Shown here: positions 1-13,300 of the stretch, piece after piece
Numbering within the stretch: position 1 is the stretch's first letter
Layout of the letters: the number at the start of each line of letters is the position of its first letter
Assembly: GCA_904063045.1 (NCBI GenBank)
Contig: CAJFCJ010000027.1
Span: forward strand, 496,001 to 560,000
Origin: Dimorphilus gyrociliatus
Lineage: Eukaryota; Animalia; Annelida
Direction: 5' to 3'
Length of the DNA stretch: 64,000 nucleotides
Position numbers and translations under genes: made by a program
The notes under the pieces: generated by a model
What the model was told of the DNA's origin: nothing
The model's database searches: none
The model's input: only the letters and a program-made list of their open reading frames with translations

Positions 1-1793
1 ATTTTTAGATATTTATGTTTAGCCTGTGATTTTCTATTCTTTAGTTGTTCAACACTTTTTACTTTCTGTTTGTAAGGTTTTTTCTTTTTTTTTTTTCACA
101 AACATTGTTTGTTTGATAAAAAACATAAGAGAAAGGAGACTTTGACAAGTTTTCATTATTTTTCCCCTATTATTATTTGTAGTGTTTATTAATATTATTA
201 CAATCGTTTTGCTTGTCCAGTGAACTTGGTGAAATGTATTTAAAAAATGGGTGGAGGCGCTTAAAGGTTGTGTTAATAACGTATATTCGTGATTTTGAAA
301 GGGAGACTTGTATAGTTTATGAATCCATTGAATGCTTTCATATTCTACATATATGGTACATAGTCATTTATCAAACGTGTCGGAAAAGACGGTTTAGACG
401 TAAAATACAGCCTATAGATCCACGTTAGATAGATATTGTTGTCTTAGACGGGACGATTAAACAACACTTCTCCATTTTAATTCATTCATAATATAAAGCT
501 TGTCAATACATGTAGAGAACCTTCACCTTGAAATTATTTCTCGAATTTTCTTGTTTTCCGATAAGTCGACTAGTTTTGAATATGTATTATTTACTATTCA
601 CCAAGACGTTATGCTGTCTACATGTTAAATATTCCAGAGTAGACAAATATTACGTATACAACGATTATATGTTTTGCTAGAAAAAATAGAGAAGAATAAA
701 GGGAGGTAAAAGAGAGTTAGAAAGGGAAAGAAGAGGGAAGGATAATCTGAATAAAATAAGAAAGCTGAGGTATTGATTCTACTACAAAGAAAGTCAAGAA
801 TGAATTAATTAGAATATTTAAGCTTACTCTATAAAAAAACAATTTATTATTAATAATTCTCTCTCCTAATTTATGTCTGTAAGCCTTTTATGCATAAAAA
901 CTAATCTCTAAAGCAGATGTCGATCGATTTGCGATGCATTTCCGTTATAAGGAAGAAGTTATCAATAAGTTGATAATGACTTTCGAGGTTGAAAATGAGA
1001 TTGTTAAGAAAAGAAAAGAGTTTAGTTTGTAGTTATTGAATAGAAGTGAATAAGAATTAAAGGGCTTAAAAAAGGTACTTTTAATTAATAAAGGTAAATG
1101 AGAAATGAATTTTAGTAAATTATTCAAAAGGGATATATTTTTCCTTCCGTTTTATTTAACTATTAAATAGTTTCGTTCTATAAAAATTTTATAACCTGTC
1201 TAATGGTTTATATCATTTAGTCTTTCCCTACCGTGATGTTATTATCAAACTTCCGATATTCGTAACATTTAATGAAGAGAGGGGAAAGAAAGAGAAATAT
1301 CGCGTGAAATATTACAGGATGGAGAAAAAGAAATCAAGTTAACTATTAATGAGTTTCGACTAGCCTTAATTTCAATGAACCGTTAAAAAGAAAAGAAATT
1401 TCATAAGAATAACGAAAGTCAGTTGCATCAAGATAGAAAAATTATTGCTCCTTTAGGCTAAATGCTCTCATTTCTTATTCCAAAGTATTTATAATGTCAA
1501 AACAATAATAAATTCTAGTAAAGAATATACTAATTATTATTATATTGGGTATTATAATATCATTTCATAAACGATTTGCGTACAGTATGTCTATTGTATA
1601 TGAATATATATGAGTATATTTGTATGCTTATTTATCGCTTTTTCTATCTATCTATCTATGTGTCTGTCTAGCTTTCTTTCTCTCTCTTTTTCTCCTTTCT
1701 CTATCTGTACGTCTGTTTGTCTGTCTCTTTTCCTTTTCCACTTCCTCTCTCTTCACCTCTCAATATATTTATGTATATGTATGTATGTGGGTA

Positions 1794-1826
<33 letters not shown>

Positions 1827-4196
1827 ATAATACTGAATTAGGATCAGTAATCAATAGAATGTAACAGCTGTGTTTGTATGTATTGATTTATGAATGCACG
1901 AGGAAATGTTTTTATATGAAAAGTTTTGGAGCAGGCAGATGGGCGAATACTTAGGGGGATGAATATTTTTCTGACTTTTTAAATATAATATTTTTACAAT
2001 CAATATTGTCCTTGGAGAGAAAAAAAACAAGATTATTATGTTAATTATTCTTTTTTTTTATTATCATATACAGTTCTCTTTCTTTTTGTCTTCTTTCTCC
2101 ATTTCTCTAGCCTTCCAACTCTTCCTTTATTCTTTTCCTTCCTCCTTGTTCATTTGACTTCACTTAATCTTCTGTAAATTTATTAATAATCTTGCTTGCA
2201 CTTTTATTGTACTCGTATCTGTTTTTAGCGGCTCTCTTCAATTTCTCTTTTCTCTAGATTTCCTTCTTTCCGTGTAAAATAATAATAGAAGAGAATAGTG
2301 TTTTTTTTATTTAAAGACTAATTATCTAAATATCATCTGATTAGCTTTACTTCGGTTGTTATTAAGTAATCTGACCTTGTTTTTCAACCAGTTCGAGATA
2401 AGCCTATTTAAATAAAAAATCGATTCCGGGGATCAATCGGTCATTTACACAGTTACATTATTTTTTATACTTCTAAAGAAAGTAGGAATATTGACAGCAT
2501 TTCCAACAGTTACACAGCTTCACTTACAAAACCTAGTGCAATGTTGATGCAGTATGTATAGGCCTACTTTAAACGGATTGCACAACTTTGGTTATCTTCG
2601 TATTTTTTCATATATTTTGATAAGCTATCAAACAGCTGTAAGTCTATTACATTAAAAATGAGCAAAATAAAAAAAAAACAATTTTTTAAAAACTTTTTTA
2701 CAGTGTTTTTTGTTGAACTTGAATTTGTTTTTAAGCTAATTTTTGGATAGGTTGAAGGAAGAATAAAGAGATACTCTATATCATATACAAGCATACAAGT
2801 ATAAATTTATATATAAACTTAACGGAAATAAAACTTTTATAGTTTGTCTCTTTTTTTTGTATTTCATTATATTTTATTATTATTATATTACAATGATAGC
2901 AGGAAAAATTTTTGTAACGTCCTTTCCTCAATCTTTCGCTCCTCTCTTCCTTAAGTATTTTTTTGTTTGTTTATTGTTATTATTTTTTTTAATCAAATGT
3001 AGACGCCTTTCTTTTCGTTTTCCTTTTTTTTTCAAGGTGACAAAAATAAACACAAGAAACAAGATCGCCAAAAATTACAATATGTCTTTTTTTTGTTCGT
3101 TCATATTTTATGTTTATATATATATATATTTATATATGCAAACATGTAAAATACATATTCAATATACACATCTATACGATATATAAATGTATATATATTA
3201 CATATTTAAAAATATATACATATACTCAGTCGTATATAAAGGAGTTCGGCTTGAAGAAAACAACATTAAAATATATAGACAATATCGAATCGAAAAGTAA
3301 ATTGTACATGTATACATAAGCAATAATTTTAATTATATACGTTATGTATACATCTACATAAACCAGAGATGTAGACAGATATATAAATATATAGATACAT
3401 TTAATAAATATATACTTATATATAAGCGTCTCTGAATATACAGATATATAATGAACACGTTATTTTTTGTCCTCTTATTTCTAATATATGCAGGAATATA
3501 ATATACAAAAATAGAGAAAAGAGTAGCATTTCTCTGTAGTTATATATCCATATATTTAGTTTAGTGGTCCCTCTTAACAAAAACTTTTTCCTTCTAATGA
3601 TAATTTCATTGTTAAACATTTAATATTTTTTCCTTTTTGTTCATCAATTTATGTTTTTATTGTTTGTATTTTTTTTTTATCAAATAAAATTTTCCTCTTT
3701 TTTTGTCTTTTATATTTTAGTTTAGGCGTATGATCATTCATATTGAAATACGAAACGCCATTAAAATATTTTATTCTCTTCAGAAGCCTAGATAGAACCT
3801 CAAATAGTATTAGAGAGCTCGATGAACTGGCTTAAAAATCTTTTTTAATCCTTAATTTTGGACCGTAAACTAAATAAAGCCAAATTACATATCTACATAT
3901 ACATTATACACTTTTTGTTGTATACACGTATATATTATCATATGTACCCTGGCATTACTGCCACAATTACTTCTATTCTACATACATATAGGTCTTTTAA
4001 TTTAAAATATATATATATAGATATAGATATATATATATGGTAATGTACGTACATATGTAAATAAACATATTTTATATAAGACTTACATTCTGTATAATTT
4101 TTAATCCAGAAAGATAGCTTCTTATATAGCACATACCTATATACTGTACATATACTATATATACATAAATATATTTATATATCTCTTTCTGTTACC

Positions 4197-5429
4197 TCAG
4201 GAATAAGCCAAATTTGTACAGGCATACATAACATTAGGAGATGGCGATAAACAAGGCGTGGACGACGACGAAGTGGAAGGCGACGTAAACGTATAGGTTA
4301 CTGCATTCTTCAAATCCGGCATTTGAAATGGTCCGTAGAAGACCTGATCAACTATTAAACCGGTTTCAGCTTGAAGTATCTGGCAGGCTAAAAATCTGCC
4401 GTCGTATTCCAATTGGATTGAGGCCATATACTGTTCGATTAAGGATAACGTTTGGCGACGTTCATGCTTCATTAAACAGATCGTAGAGCTATCTATGACC
4501 CAATGCAAGACAGTAAAGAATTCGTAGCGAGCAAGGAGATCTTCGGATTTCAAGTGATTAAATAGGTAGGATTCTAATTTAACTGCCTGTTGATCAACGT
4601 CTGGGAAGTCAATGAAGAATCTCGAGCACATGTATCGTTCTAAACTTTGTTGATCAATGTCAGTAGCTGGTTCATACTTTTCTACTAAAAGATGGCAATA
4701 TTTCAATAAACCACCCCCCCTTATCTCCTCTGGGAATTTTGTTGAAATCAGTTTCTCTTCAAGGTGTTTATAAGCCTCTTGGAAATCACCAAACATACTT
4801 TCAGCCACAACCGTCGGGTAAAAATGTTCAGTTACAGTAGGTGGCTGTACCTCACTAAATGCCAGCAGCGAATCTAATACAATCTGGAATGAGTCGACAG
4901 AGAACTCGTAAGATCTCTTCATGGAATCGACAAATTTGATTTCGATGTTACGACCTCCGTCGGTCTGTGCCAAGGAGACCAACGACCATCGGTCAGTTTC
5001 GGTGGAGACTTTAACCAGTTTTTGAACATAACCTTCTTTTAGAGAGCAATCCGATAACCTTCTTCGGTTAACATCGTCGGGTAGGAAGGTTCTCAATGCT
5101 TCTAGAACTGCAATCTTCACTTTTTGTAGTTCGACGTGAGTAGCTAGCGAATGAACGTTGAATATAAGATCGATGTCGTTGTAATTGTCAGTATGTGGGG
5201 CATCATGGACGACGTAAGAGGCTGCTCCTCCATTTAACCGTATGTCTTTGACCAAAACATGGGATGACATAAGATTTTCTCTAACCTTTTTAACGAAGTC
5301 CATAAGTTGAACTCTAATTTGGGGGAAGTTACCACGTCCGACAATGTTAACTTCCTGCCGCATCATTGAGTCCAACCTGTTAACCTGTTCAAAGCAGAGA
5401 ACTGAAAATCTGTTCTTTTCGCCCTCCAT
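4197..5429 (-). CDS. TENT5: Terminal nucleotidyltransferase 5 (FAM46/TENT5 non-canonical poly(A) polymerase), intronless CDS, ~410 aa
   Basis: The ORF carries FAM46 hallmark motifs: GRGNFP, RLNGGAASYV, NDIDLIF (catalytic DxD), KVSTETDRWSLVSL, NIEIKFVD (third acidic residue), FSVDSFQI, EIRGGGLLKYC and ERYMCSRFFIDFPD. The ORF track starts at a TTG (5435). The first in-frame ATG is at 5429, and an in-frame TAG lies ~40 nt upstream. Confidence 0.95.
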   Translation of the reverse strand: MEGEKNRFSVLCFEQVNRLDSMMRQEVNIVGRGNFPQIRVQLMDFVKKVRENLMSSHVLVKDIRLNGGAASYVVHDAPHTDNYNDIDLIFNVHSLATHVELQKVKIAVLEALRTFLPDDVNRRRLSDCSLKEGYVQKLVKVSTETDRWSLVSLAQTDGGRNIEIKFVDSMKRSYEFSVDSFQIVLDSLLAFSEVQPPTVTEHFYPTVVAESMFGDFQEAYKHLEEKLISTKFPEEIRGGGLLKYCHLLVEKYEPATDIDQQSLERYMCSRFFIDFPDVDQQAVKLESYLFNHLKSEDLLARYEFFTVLHWVIDSSTICLMKHERRQTLSLIEQYMASIQLEYDGRFLACQILQAETGLIVDQVFYGPFQMPDLKNAVTYTFTSPSTSSSSTPCLSPSPNVMYACTNLAYS

Positions 5430-5626
5430 CCACAACAGAAAATCGATTCTCCCAACAATATGTTTATGGATCTACTCCTGTTCCGGTCGTTTTTCGTAAA
5501 GATTTATGAACGATACGATTGTTCTGGTTGTACAAGTCCAATGTAGAATAATTGTCAGCAAATATCTTACGAGAATTTTCTATTGTACACTGTAGCCTCA
5601 ACGTCCAGAACGCAAGCTATTTGTTG

Positions 5627-6649
5627 CTGTGAAAAAAGAAACTGCTATAAGCGCCACCTGACGACCTGTCGGCCTACGCGAATATTTAATTAGTTTCCAC
5701 TGGTTTTAGATGATCGCATAGAAAGTCGATAATATTATCATTTTTTTATAATTTAATCCTATGAATCGTGGTTTTTAGCATTTTTATTTAACAGATAGGC
5801 CTATATAGATTAAAGATCATTTTAATAACTAGATTAATTAAGTAAGAAAGAGGAGGAAATATTAAATTTTCTCGAATTGACAAAACCTCAGTTAGCTGTG
5901 TTGATAGTTATTTATATCTATAAACCTACATTATAAAGACTCTGTACCTCTTCTATGCCATACATGCTGACTATATGGACAGATATATATATATATATAT
6001 ATATGAATTTCCTTTGTCTATGAAACTCTTAAATAAAATTACTCAACTTGCCTATCAAGTACATTTCTAATAATGTCGAAATAGTCTATAAGTATTAAAA
6101 AATGTAGTGGGGGCGGTGGGCCAGAAAAAACAGAGATCGAATGAGAGGAAGCAATATCGTATAGAATATCTTAGAACAGTTATTATATATCATATGCTAT
6201 ATATACATATTTATATACTGTTTAAATAAATGTACTAGTCTATATATATATAAATAAAGGAAGGTATTTTGCAAGTTTTGATGAGTATTTTTGTTGTTAA
6301 TAATGAATAAGGCAAATTATATTTAAATTATTTAATTATGAAATTTTGTATTGTTTAGCTGTTTATTTTTATCTTTTTCTTCCTCCAGCTCTTTCAATCT
6401 GTCTCTCTATCTCTATCTTCCTCCCCCTATTATTTTTGTTTCCCTCCTTCTCTCTCTCTTTTTCTTAAATTAATTTTCTCTTTCCCAGCAATTCATTATT
6501 TTGGTTATTTTTTACTATCAAATTTTTTTTCCTGATAACGTTTCTCTATTTTCTAAAAACAGCAGTGTTGTTGCTATTTTTATTTGTTCTCAATTGGAAC
6601 CATTCTGTGACGTAGTGACGCCCCCACGAAAAATTTTCCTACTCCTTAC
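5627..6649 (-). other. Putative 5'-UTR intron of TENT5 (non-coding first exon ending at 6650)
   Basis: On the minus strand there is a donor GGCTGCA|GTAAGG at 6649 and an acceptor TTCTTTTTTCACAG| at 5627. No upstream ATG was seen between 5626 and the start codon. The pairing of these two sites is inferred. Confidence 0.45.
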
Positions 6650-7178
6650 TGCAGCCGTCTACTCCACTGTTTCTTTTTTTTTTCCCTTATTTTTCCCTCT
6701 TTCAAGTAGCAATTTCTTTCTTTTATTCGTGTATTGTTTAATGTTTTTTTCTCCTTTTAAAAAGTCTATTCACTACCTATGGTCCCTGTCTTGTTATTGT
6801 TCACAAATCGCTATTTTAAATATATATACTTATATAAATACAAGTGTATACTATATATATATATATACATTTAATTAAACAGATTAAAGTATGATCGCTT
6901 GAATATATACATATGTCACTTTACGTTGAAAGGTATATATTAAACAGGTTTTAGCGTACAAAATTTCAAGAAATGTATGTACAATACATATATATACATA
7001 TATACTGTATATAATATACTTTTATACTGACAATTCCTCTCACTATTTACTATAGATCTAAGCTTTTTTAATCTTTCTTCTTTTCAATATGATTTCTACC
7101 GTTAGTTTACTCATCAGACAATTATATCTTTGAATTTTCAAAAAAAAGACATCGCTCGTTTAGACGGAATATTACGAA

Positions 7179-7344
7179 TCACGTGATCACCACCAGAAGA
7201 GCGTCTCTCGTCGCCCACGTCGTCACGTGGTCAATTTACGTCACACGATCGATGACATGTTAATTAGTAGACGTTTTTTTTGCAAACTCAAAACACACAA
7301 ACTATTTTTAGGTCGCAAATTTTCGTGTGACGTCACTTGACTCA
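7179..7344. promoter_or_regulatory. Cluster of bZIP/bHLH/EGR-type motifs, likely TENT5 promoter or enhancer
   Basis: Motifs lie in a CpG-rich island within AT-rich DNA: TCACGTGA 7179-7186, CGCCCACG 7212-7219, GTCACGTGG 7222-7230, TTACGTCA 7236-7243, GTGACGTCAC 7327-7336 (CRE palindrome) and TGACTCA 7338-7344 (AP-1). Confidence 0.5.
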
Positions 7345-10300
7345 TGCATACTTACATTCTTAATTGTACAAGTGTTAGAGAGAATATGCTATTGAATTTT
7401 TAACGGGTTTTAAAAACTGCCAGAAAAAACAGTTATAGACCTAGGAATAAGTCGAGAGGCCCGATAAAAATTCTAAAGAACATATACCTACATGTTTATT
7501 ATTAAATGGCCTTGTATCACTTAAGCCTGTGATTATTTACTTTTCTAGTCAAAGATGAACTTGTTAGAAAATGACATTAGATGGCATTAGGTTTTCGCGT
7601 TGGCTACGCCATCTATTAAATAAGTAAACGTTTTATTGTCCTATTTTATTGTCCTAATAAATATTCCAGCATACGTTTCCAGGTAAAAACTAAAGAAATT
7701 TTAAATTTTCTATAAGGAGATTTTGCAAATTAAGAGTAATTTAAATATTGGTAAAAGTAAATCTTTACACGGTATAGAAAAGCTTGAAACGTTATTTTTA
7801 GTTAGGGTTCAGTCTTCATGAATGATATAAATGTGTTATACATATACATATATATATATATATACTGTATATATGTATATATATTAGTATAAATACATAT
7901 ACTAAATACAGTAGATTCATATAGTTTTTTAAGATCTTACTTCTACAACGAAAAGCTTTTTGGCCTTTGGCCTTTGCCGCAAATGGCATAATTAACGTAT
8001 TTTTGCCAGATATTATTTATTTAATAGAAAACCTGATGGCAAAATATAGGCAATAAATCAATAAGTATGTGATATATTAGTCAAATGTACAAGTTGATAC
8101 TATAAGATATCTATTTGTAAAAAAAGAAATATGTGTAACGTTTAAAATTAACTGCAGATTTACAAATTATAATCAGATGGAATAGAATCAATTCATTCCT
8201 CGTTCAACAATGCAAATAATAAAGTCATATATATATATATAAAACAGTAAAACTTGAACTCTACCATTCCGAAATCACTTGACTTGAACATTCTAAAAGA
8301 GTTTTATTAGCTTTAATTTTCTATTCTGTTTCATTCTTTTACAGTCAATAGATTTGGAATGTTAATACATATATGTATATATATATATATATATAATGTA
8401 AATATACATATATAAAGATAAATACATATATATAACAGTGTAACTAGTCAACATATAACAGTATATTCATTTTTATTGAATGAATAACCTTGAAACGTTT
8501 GCTTATTAAAAAAATTCAAGATATATTCACTTTTATTTGATTGAACAAGCAGAAAAAACAAATTTTATAGAATATAGATTTTTTTTTCTTATATTTTTTT
8601 ACCATCTCTAAGTGTTAGATAAGGCTTTCTATATAGCTTTAATATATTTATATAAATAATATATATATATATATACTGTATATATTGTATATATTGTATT
8701 CTAACAAACTATTGAATTTAGATTATGTAAGGATATGCAAGCTTAGCGAATAAATTAAAAGATTCAAATATCAGAAAACTTATGGAAAGGGAAAAGAAAG
8801 AGCATAAATCAGCAAAAGTTCTTTTTAACTTGGATTTTCTATGAAAAAAAGGACTATTAAAAGAATCCTAGCATTTATTATCGTAATAGAAGTCTCCTAT
8901 TTAACTAAATACAATAGCTATACAATAAAATTTAGGTACTTTAAATAGCCTCCTAATTCCTAATACTCATATGTTGAATATTTTATAAATGTCTGTAAAA
9001 AGAATGATAAAGTTGATTTCTGATGAGAGAATTCAATAAAAATTAATTTATAGACCGTTTAATCGCTTAAGGTAATTTTTTTTCAAGGGTAATATACTAC
9101 TTTTACCCAAGTAAGGAGTATTTTTAATTTTAAACACTTAATGATACTCGTCGTTTTTCTCTCTGTCTCTCTCTCTCCCTTTTTTGCAAGGTCACTAACG
9201 TGTGTAACAAGTCTAGATATACTGTATTGCTTGTTAACTATTCTAATTATATTACAATTAGTGTTTATGTGCTATTTCTATATATAAATAAAAATTGAAA
9301 TAATTTATAACATCCCGTCATGAATATATCATATATTTATAAAGTATGAGTTGGCTAAACAGCGAGCTTTATAAGGCCATATAACAATTATCTAACTAAA
9401 TTTCAAACTACTTCTTTTTTTACTGTATCAGTTTGGAAATTTTTGCAGTAGTTTTTCATCTTAATCTTCATACGAACCCTCATAATTAATACGAACAATG
9501 AAAGCGAAAAAAAGGAGAAGAAGAATGAATGGGTAGAAATATAAATATAGGTCTTTTTTCAGTCACTAAAGCTAATGCATTTTTTTGAAAGATCGTACAT
9601 ATATAGAATGTACTCTTTGGAATATTATATATGGTTCTGGTATAAAAATATCTAACCTTGTGTCGTATATATATATATATATATATATTCCTGATGCATA
9701 TTTATAGTTCTTTAATTGTTGAATTATCTTAAAGATATAAAACTCAAATAAGTGAATAAAAAGTGAATAGGATATAAATTATTACTTTTCTTCTCTGGTT
9801 TTAGTCTTATGAGTCATTTATTCTTTTTGTTTTTTAATTTTAACGTAACAAGGAAATATTTTCAATATACTTATCATTTCTTTTTTATATAAAAATCATT
9901 TATTCTTTCTTGTTTTTTTTTTTAAAAAAACAAAATAAAGAAGAAATATTTAATCATAATTTTTTATCAAGGCCGTTAAAGAGCATGTCAAAAAAAAGAA
10001 CTTATGAAAAAACATAATTTCGTAGTACAAGCGTAAGGTCGCAAATTTTACTATTTTATCAAAGATAGAATTAATGAGCTCTCCTCATACTCTTATTTCG
10101 CCATGGTACACTTTCTTATGTAGTATTATTTAACTAATCTTTCCAATTGATAGATCAAGAATAACGGTGTTTTATATCAATGGAATGGAAAAAGAAACTT
10201 TAAGTATTACTTATATTCTATATAATAAAAGGATTTTTTCATTCTGTTGTTTCATCAGCATGCTTTACTCACCTCAGTACTTGTATACAAACAATTGTCT

Positions 10301-13300
10301 ATATGATGTATGTTTAACTACATAGCATGCTTCCATTTCTTTGTACATTTATATATAGTATACAGTATAATTTATGGAAAAAAGCTTTAAATCGAATTTA
10401 TCTTAATTCTAGATTTATAAATAAGATAATTCTATTTGAGGTTATTTTAGAAAAAAAAGCCAAATAGATAAGATAAGGAAAAAATATAAGAATTAAATGA
10501 TCATCGAAAATACGGATAATTTAACAATGATTAATCTTCATAAAGCTTGTGTAATCATACGTATTGAATAAGATTTTTAGATTAATAAATAATTAACTTA
10601 TTCAACTTGAAAATGATAAAAACATATGTGTTTTTGTCAAGTAGGATAAATGTTTTATATTATTATTTGTATATCTTTACATATTTCGCTTTTTTTTAGT
10701 TTCGAAAAGGAATATCATTATGATATATTCAATACTATAATAAATTCCCTTCTCTTATTAGGCAACTTTTTCCATAGCTTCAATTTTCTTTTCTTTTACC
10801 CTATATAACCTAAGTATATTGATGTTAAGATCAGATTTACTCTTATCATAATTAGCTAAGTAACAAGAAAGTAAAATTAGAATCACGTTAGTTATAAAAT
10901 AAAATAAAAAACAAAAATATTAAGAATATTACTGTATTTTATTTGAAAATATTAAGTGTCCGTTCTCTTCCGTACAGGAAATAGAAACAAAAAGCTTTGC
11001 ATACTTTCGAAATAAACACTGTTACACATATTATCGATATCCGAAAAATCCTGTAGGGAACGTGCCGATCGTTGTTTGTCATATTAGTTTACTACGCTAT
11101 GTAAACAGGTTACAATTGAAAGCGTTATGTTTCCTTATCGAAGATTCGTAATATTAAGAATAATGATTCGAAACAATTTGCGTACTTGTATTACTAAAAA
11201 AATACAATTTTCGTGATTTATACCAATATCTTCATTAGAGGCAAGTCAGACAACTGTTGTTCCGGACGGACGACTTTCTTCAGGCTGATTTATTTGGTAA
11301 AAACTTGCATGAGTAGAGGGAGGAAAAATACTTAAAATAAATAGAAAAAGCATTAGAGTTATCTCCCGTGTGATCAGTTATTTGATTGACAGTCTATATC
11401 GTAAAAATACACGATATTAACAGTGTACATAGCTACTATAGTAAAGCTAAAAGTAAAGGGAAAAAGAAAGGGAAAAAGAAAGGGACCAGGTGCTAATACA
11501 GATGCAGCTTAGACATCAAACCACCGTAGAGTAATATTTTAGCAACAAAATTGACCTTTATAGCTACCCGCAAAACAATTAGACGCTAAAGGAGACGCCT
11601 AATTGATCTTTACGCTGGTAGAATTTTTGAAATGCTCACAGCAATTCAATTATCGCTTTAGTCATATTTTTTTCTACATTATACAAACGACAACTAAAGA
11701 AAGAAGAGAGCGAAGAGTAAAAATTTGTATTAAAATTCTGTTTACTTATCAAAAAGAGTATCTATTAGATAATAGAACTTAGTAAGAAATGTTTAACTAT
11801 TTCTTCGATGTTAACCTAATTAACAGTTGTTTATTATTTAGGAACTTGTAATTTTTCAACTGAAGTCTAACAATAGATGAAAATGTTGTTGATAGCTATC
11901 AATTTTATAGTAATAACAAGGTGATTTTGAATATTTAATTAACCTTTAAAATAATCTAATTGCGTAGGAAATGAAAAACACTTATTAATTTAGGTTAATT
12001 ATTCTCTATTAAAAGTTTACCATTGTCCAAAACAGAAAAACTAGTCTATCAATTAAAGATAATATTTGTTTATTAAAAATTAATTATTTAACAGCTGAAA
12101 GATAAAGAGAAATAGGATGAATTAGTTATTTTTTACTTTATTATATATTAAATCATCTTAAACGCGCAATATGTATATTATAAACATATGAAAATATTCC
12201 AAATAAATATATTTGTGTATACTTATATCAGATAGTATTTATATAGTACATATGTGTCTGTCTCTCTTCGCTCTTTCTTTGTTTTTTTCTTTTTTTTCAT
12301 TGTTACATTCTCTCTATCGTCTATTCAGTTATTCTCCCCCGCATCAACTCCTCCCCTAGTCTCTCTCTCTCTCTTTCACTACCTCTTTTCCTTTCTTCCT
12401 CTCCCCTCTCCCAACCTCCCTCTCATTTACTTGTATACAAATATTTACAAAATATTGAATTGTCTACTTTTACCGATTTATTACATTCCTCACCTGTAAA
12501 TTATTTATTGAACACCAAGAGGGAGATACACCAAAATATGTACAATAAAAATATAACAGTAAAATTACAACATACATCAATGAAATTACATAATACATTT
12601 TCGTTTCTTTTCAATCTGTTTCACATCAAAGGATCTTTCTTTCTACTCATCTATCCATATGTTCAATATATTATGTTTTCATCTATTAAATTTTCTCTCT
12701 TCTCTTTTATTTCTACTTATTTATTTCTTTTATTTATTTAAAAGTTTCAAAAGAAAAAAAAGAACTTGAAATAGAAAAAGTACTGTAGAGGAAAAAATGT
12801 TATAAAGAAGAAGGAAGAGGGGAAAGAAAATGAGAAGAAAGTTAACTTAATTTAAAATTATAGTATATATAGTATATACAGTATATATAAGGCGACAGAG
12901 AGAGAGAGAGAGAGAGAGTCCCTAAGTTGTGTATTCATTGATATGATAATAAATTTACTAGACAAAGGGGTAGAATAAAAGGGAAAGACAGCGCTTGTGC
13001 GTGTGTGTGTATATATATATGTTGATATACGTGTGAAAACGAGGGCCTAGAGTGAGATAGACAAAAAAAAGAGAGATAAATAATATAGATATGGATAATT
13101 AAGAAATACACAACAATTAAACAAATTTAACTAGTTTCTAACAATAGTACAACTAATGTATGACCTATTTGACAATTTAATATTAAGAAAGACAGACAGA
13201 GACAAACACACACACGCATAGATAAACAAATAAATAGACGAATAAAAAGGCAAAGGGTCATAAATTTACTTTTGATCACTAAGCGTTGATCTGAACAATA

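Noticed and set aside
2586-2597. CTTTGGTTATCT equals miR-9 positions 2-13 (possible miR-9 gene, or a target site in the TENT5 3' UTR on the minus strand)
   Set aside because: The match stops at 12 nt and the flanks do not fold into a proper precursor. Poly(A) signals nearer the TENT5 stop make inclusion in the UTR doubtful, and one such match is expected by chance across all miRNA families.
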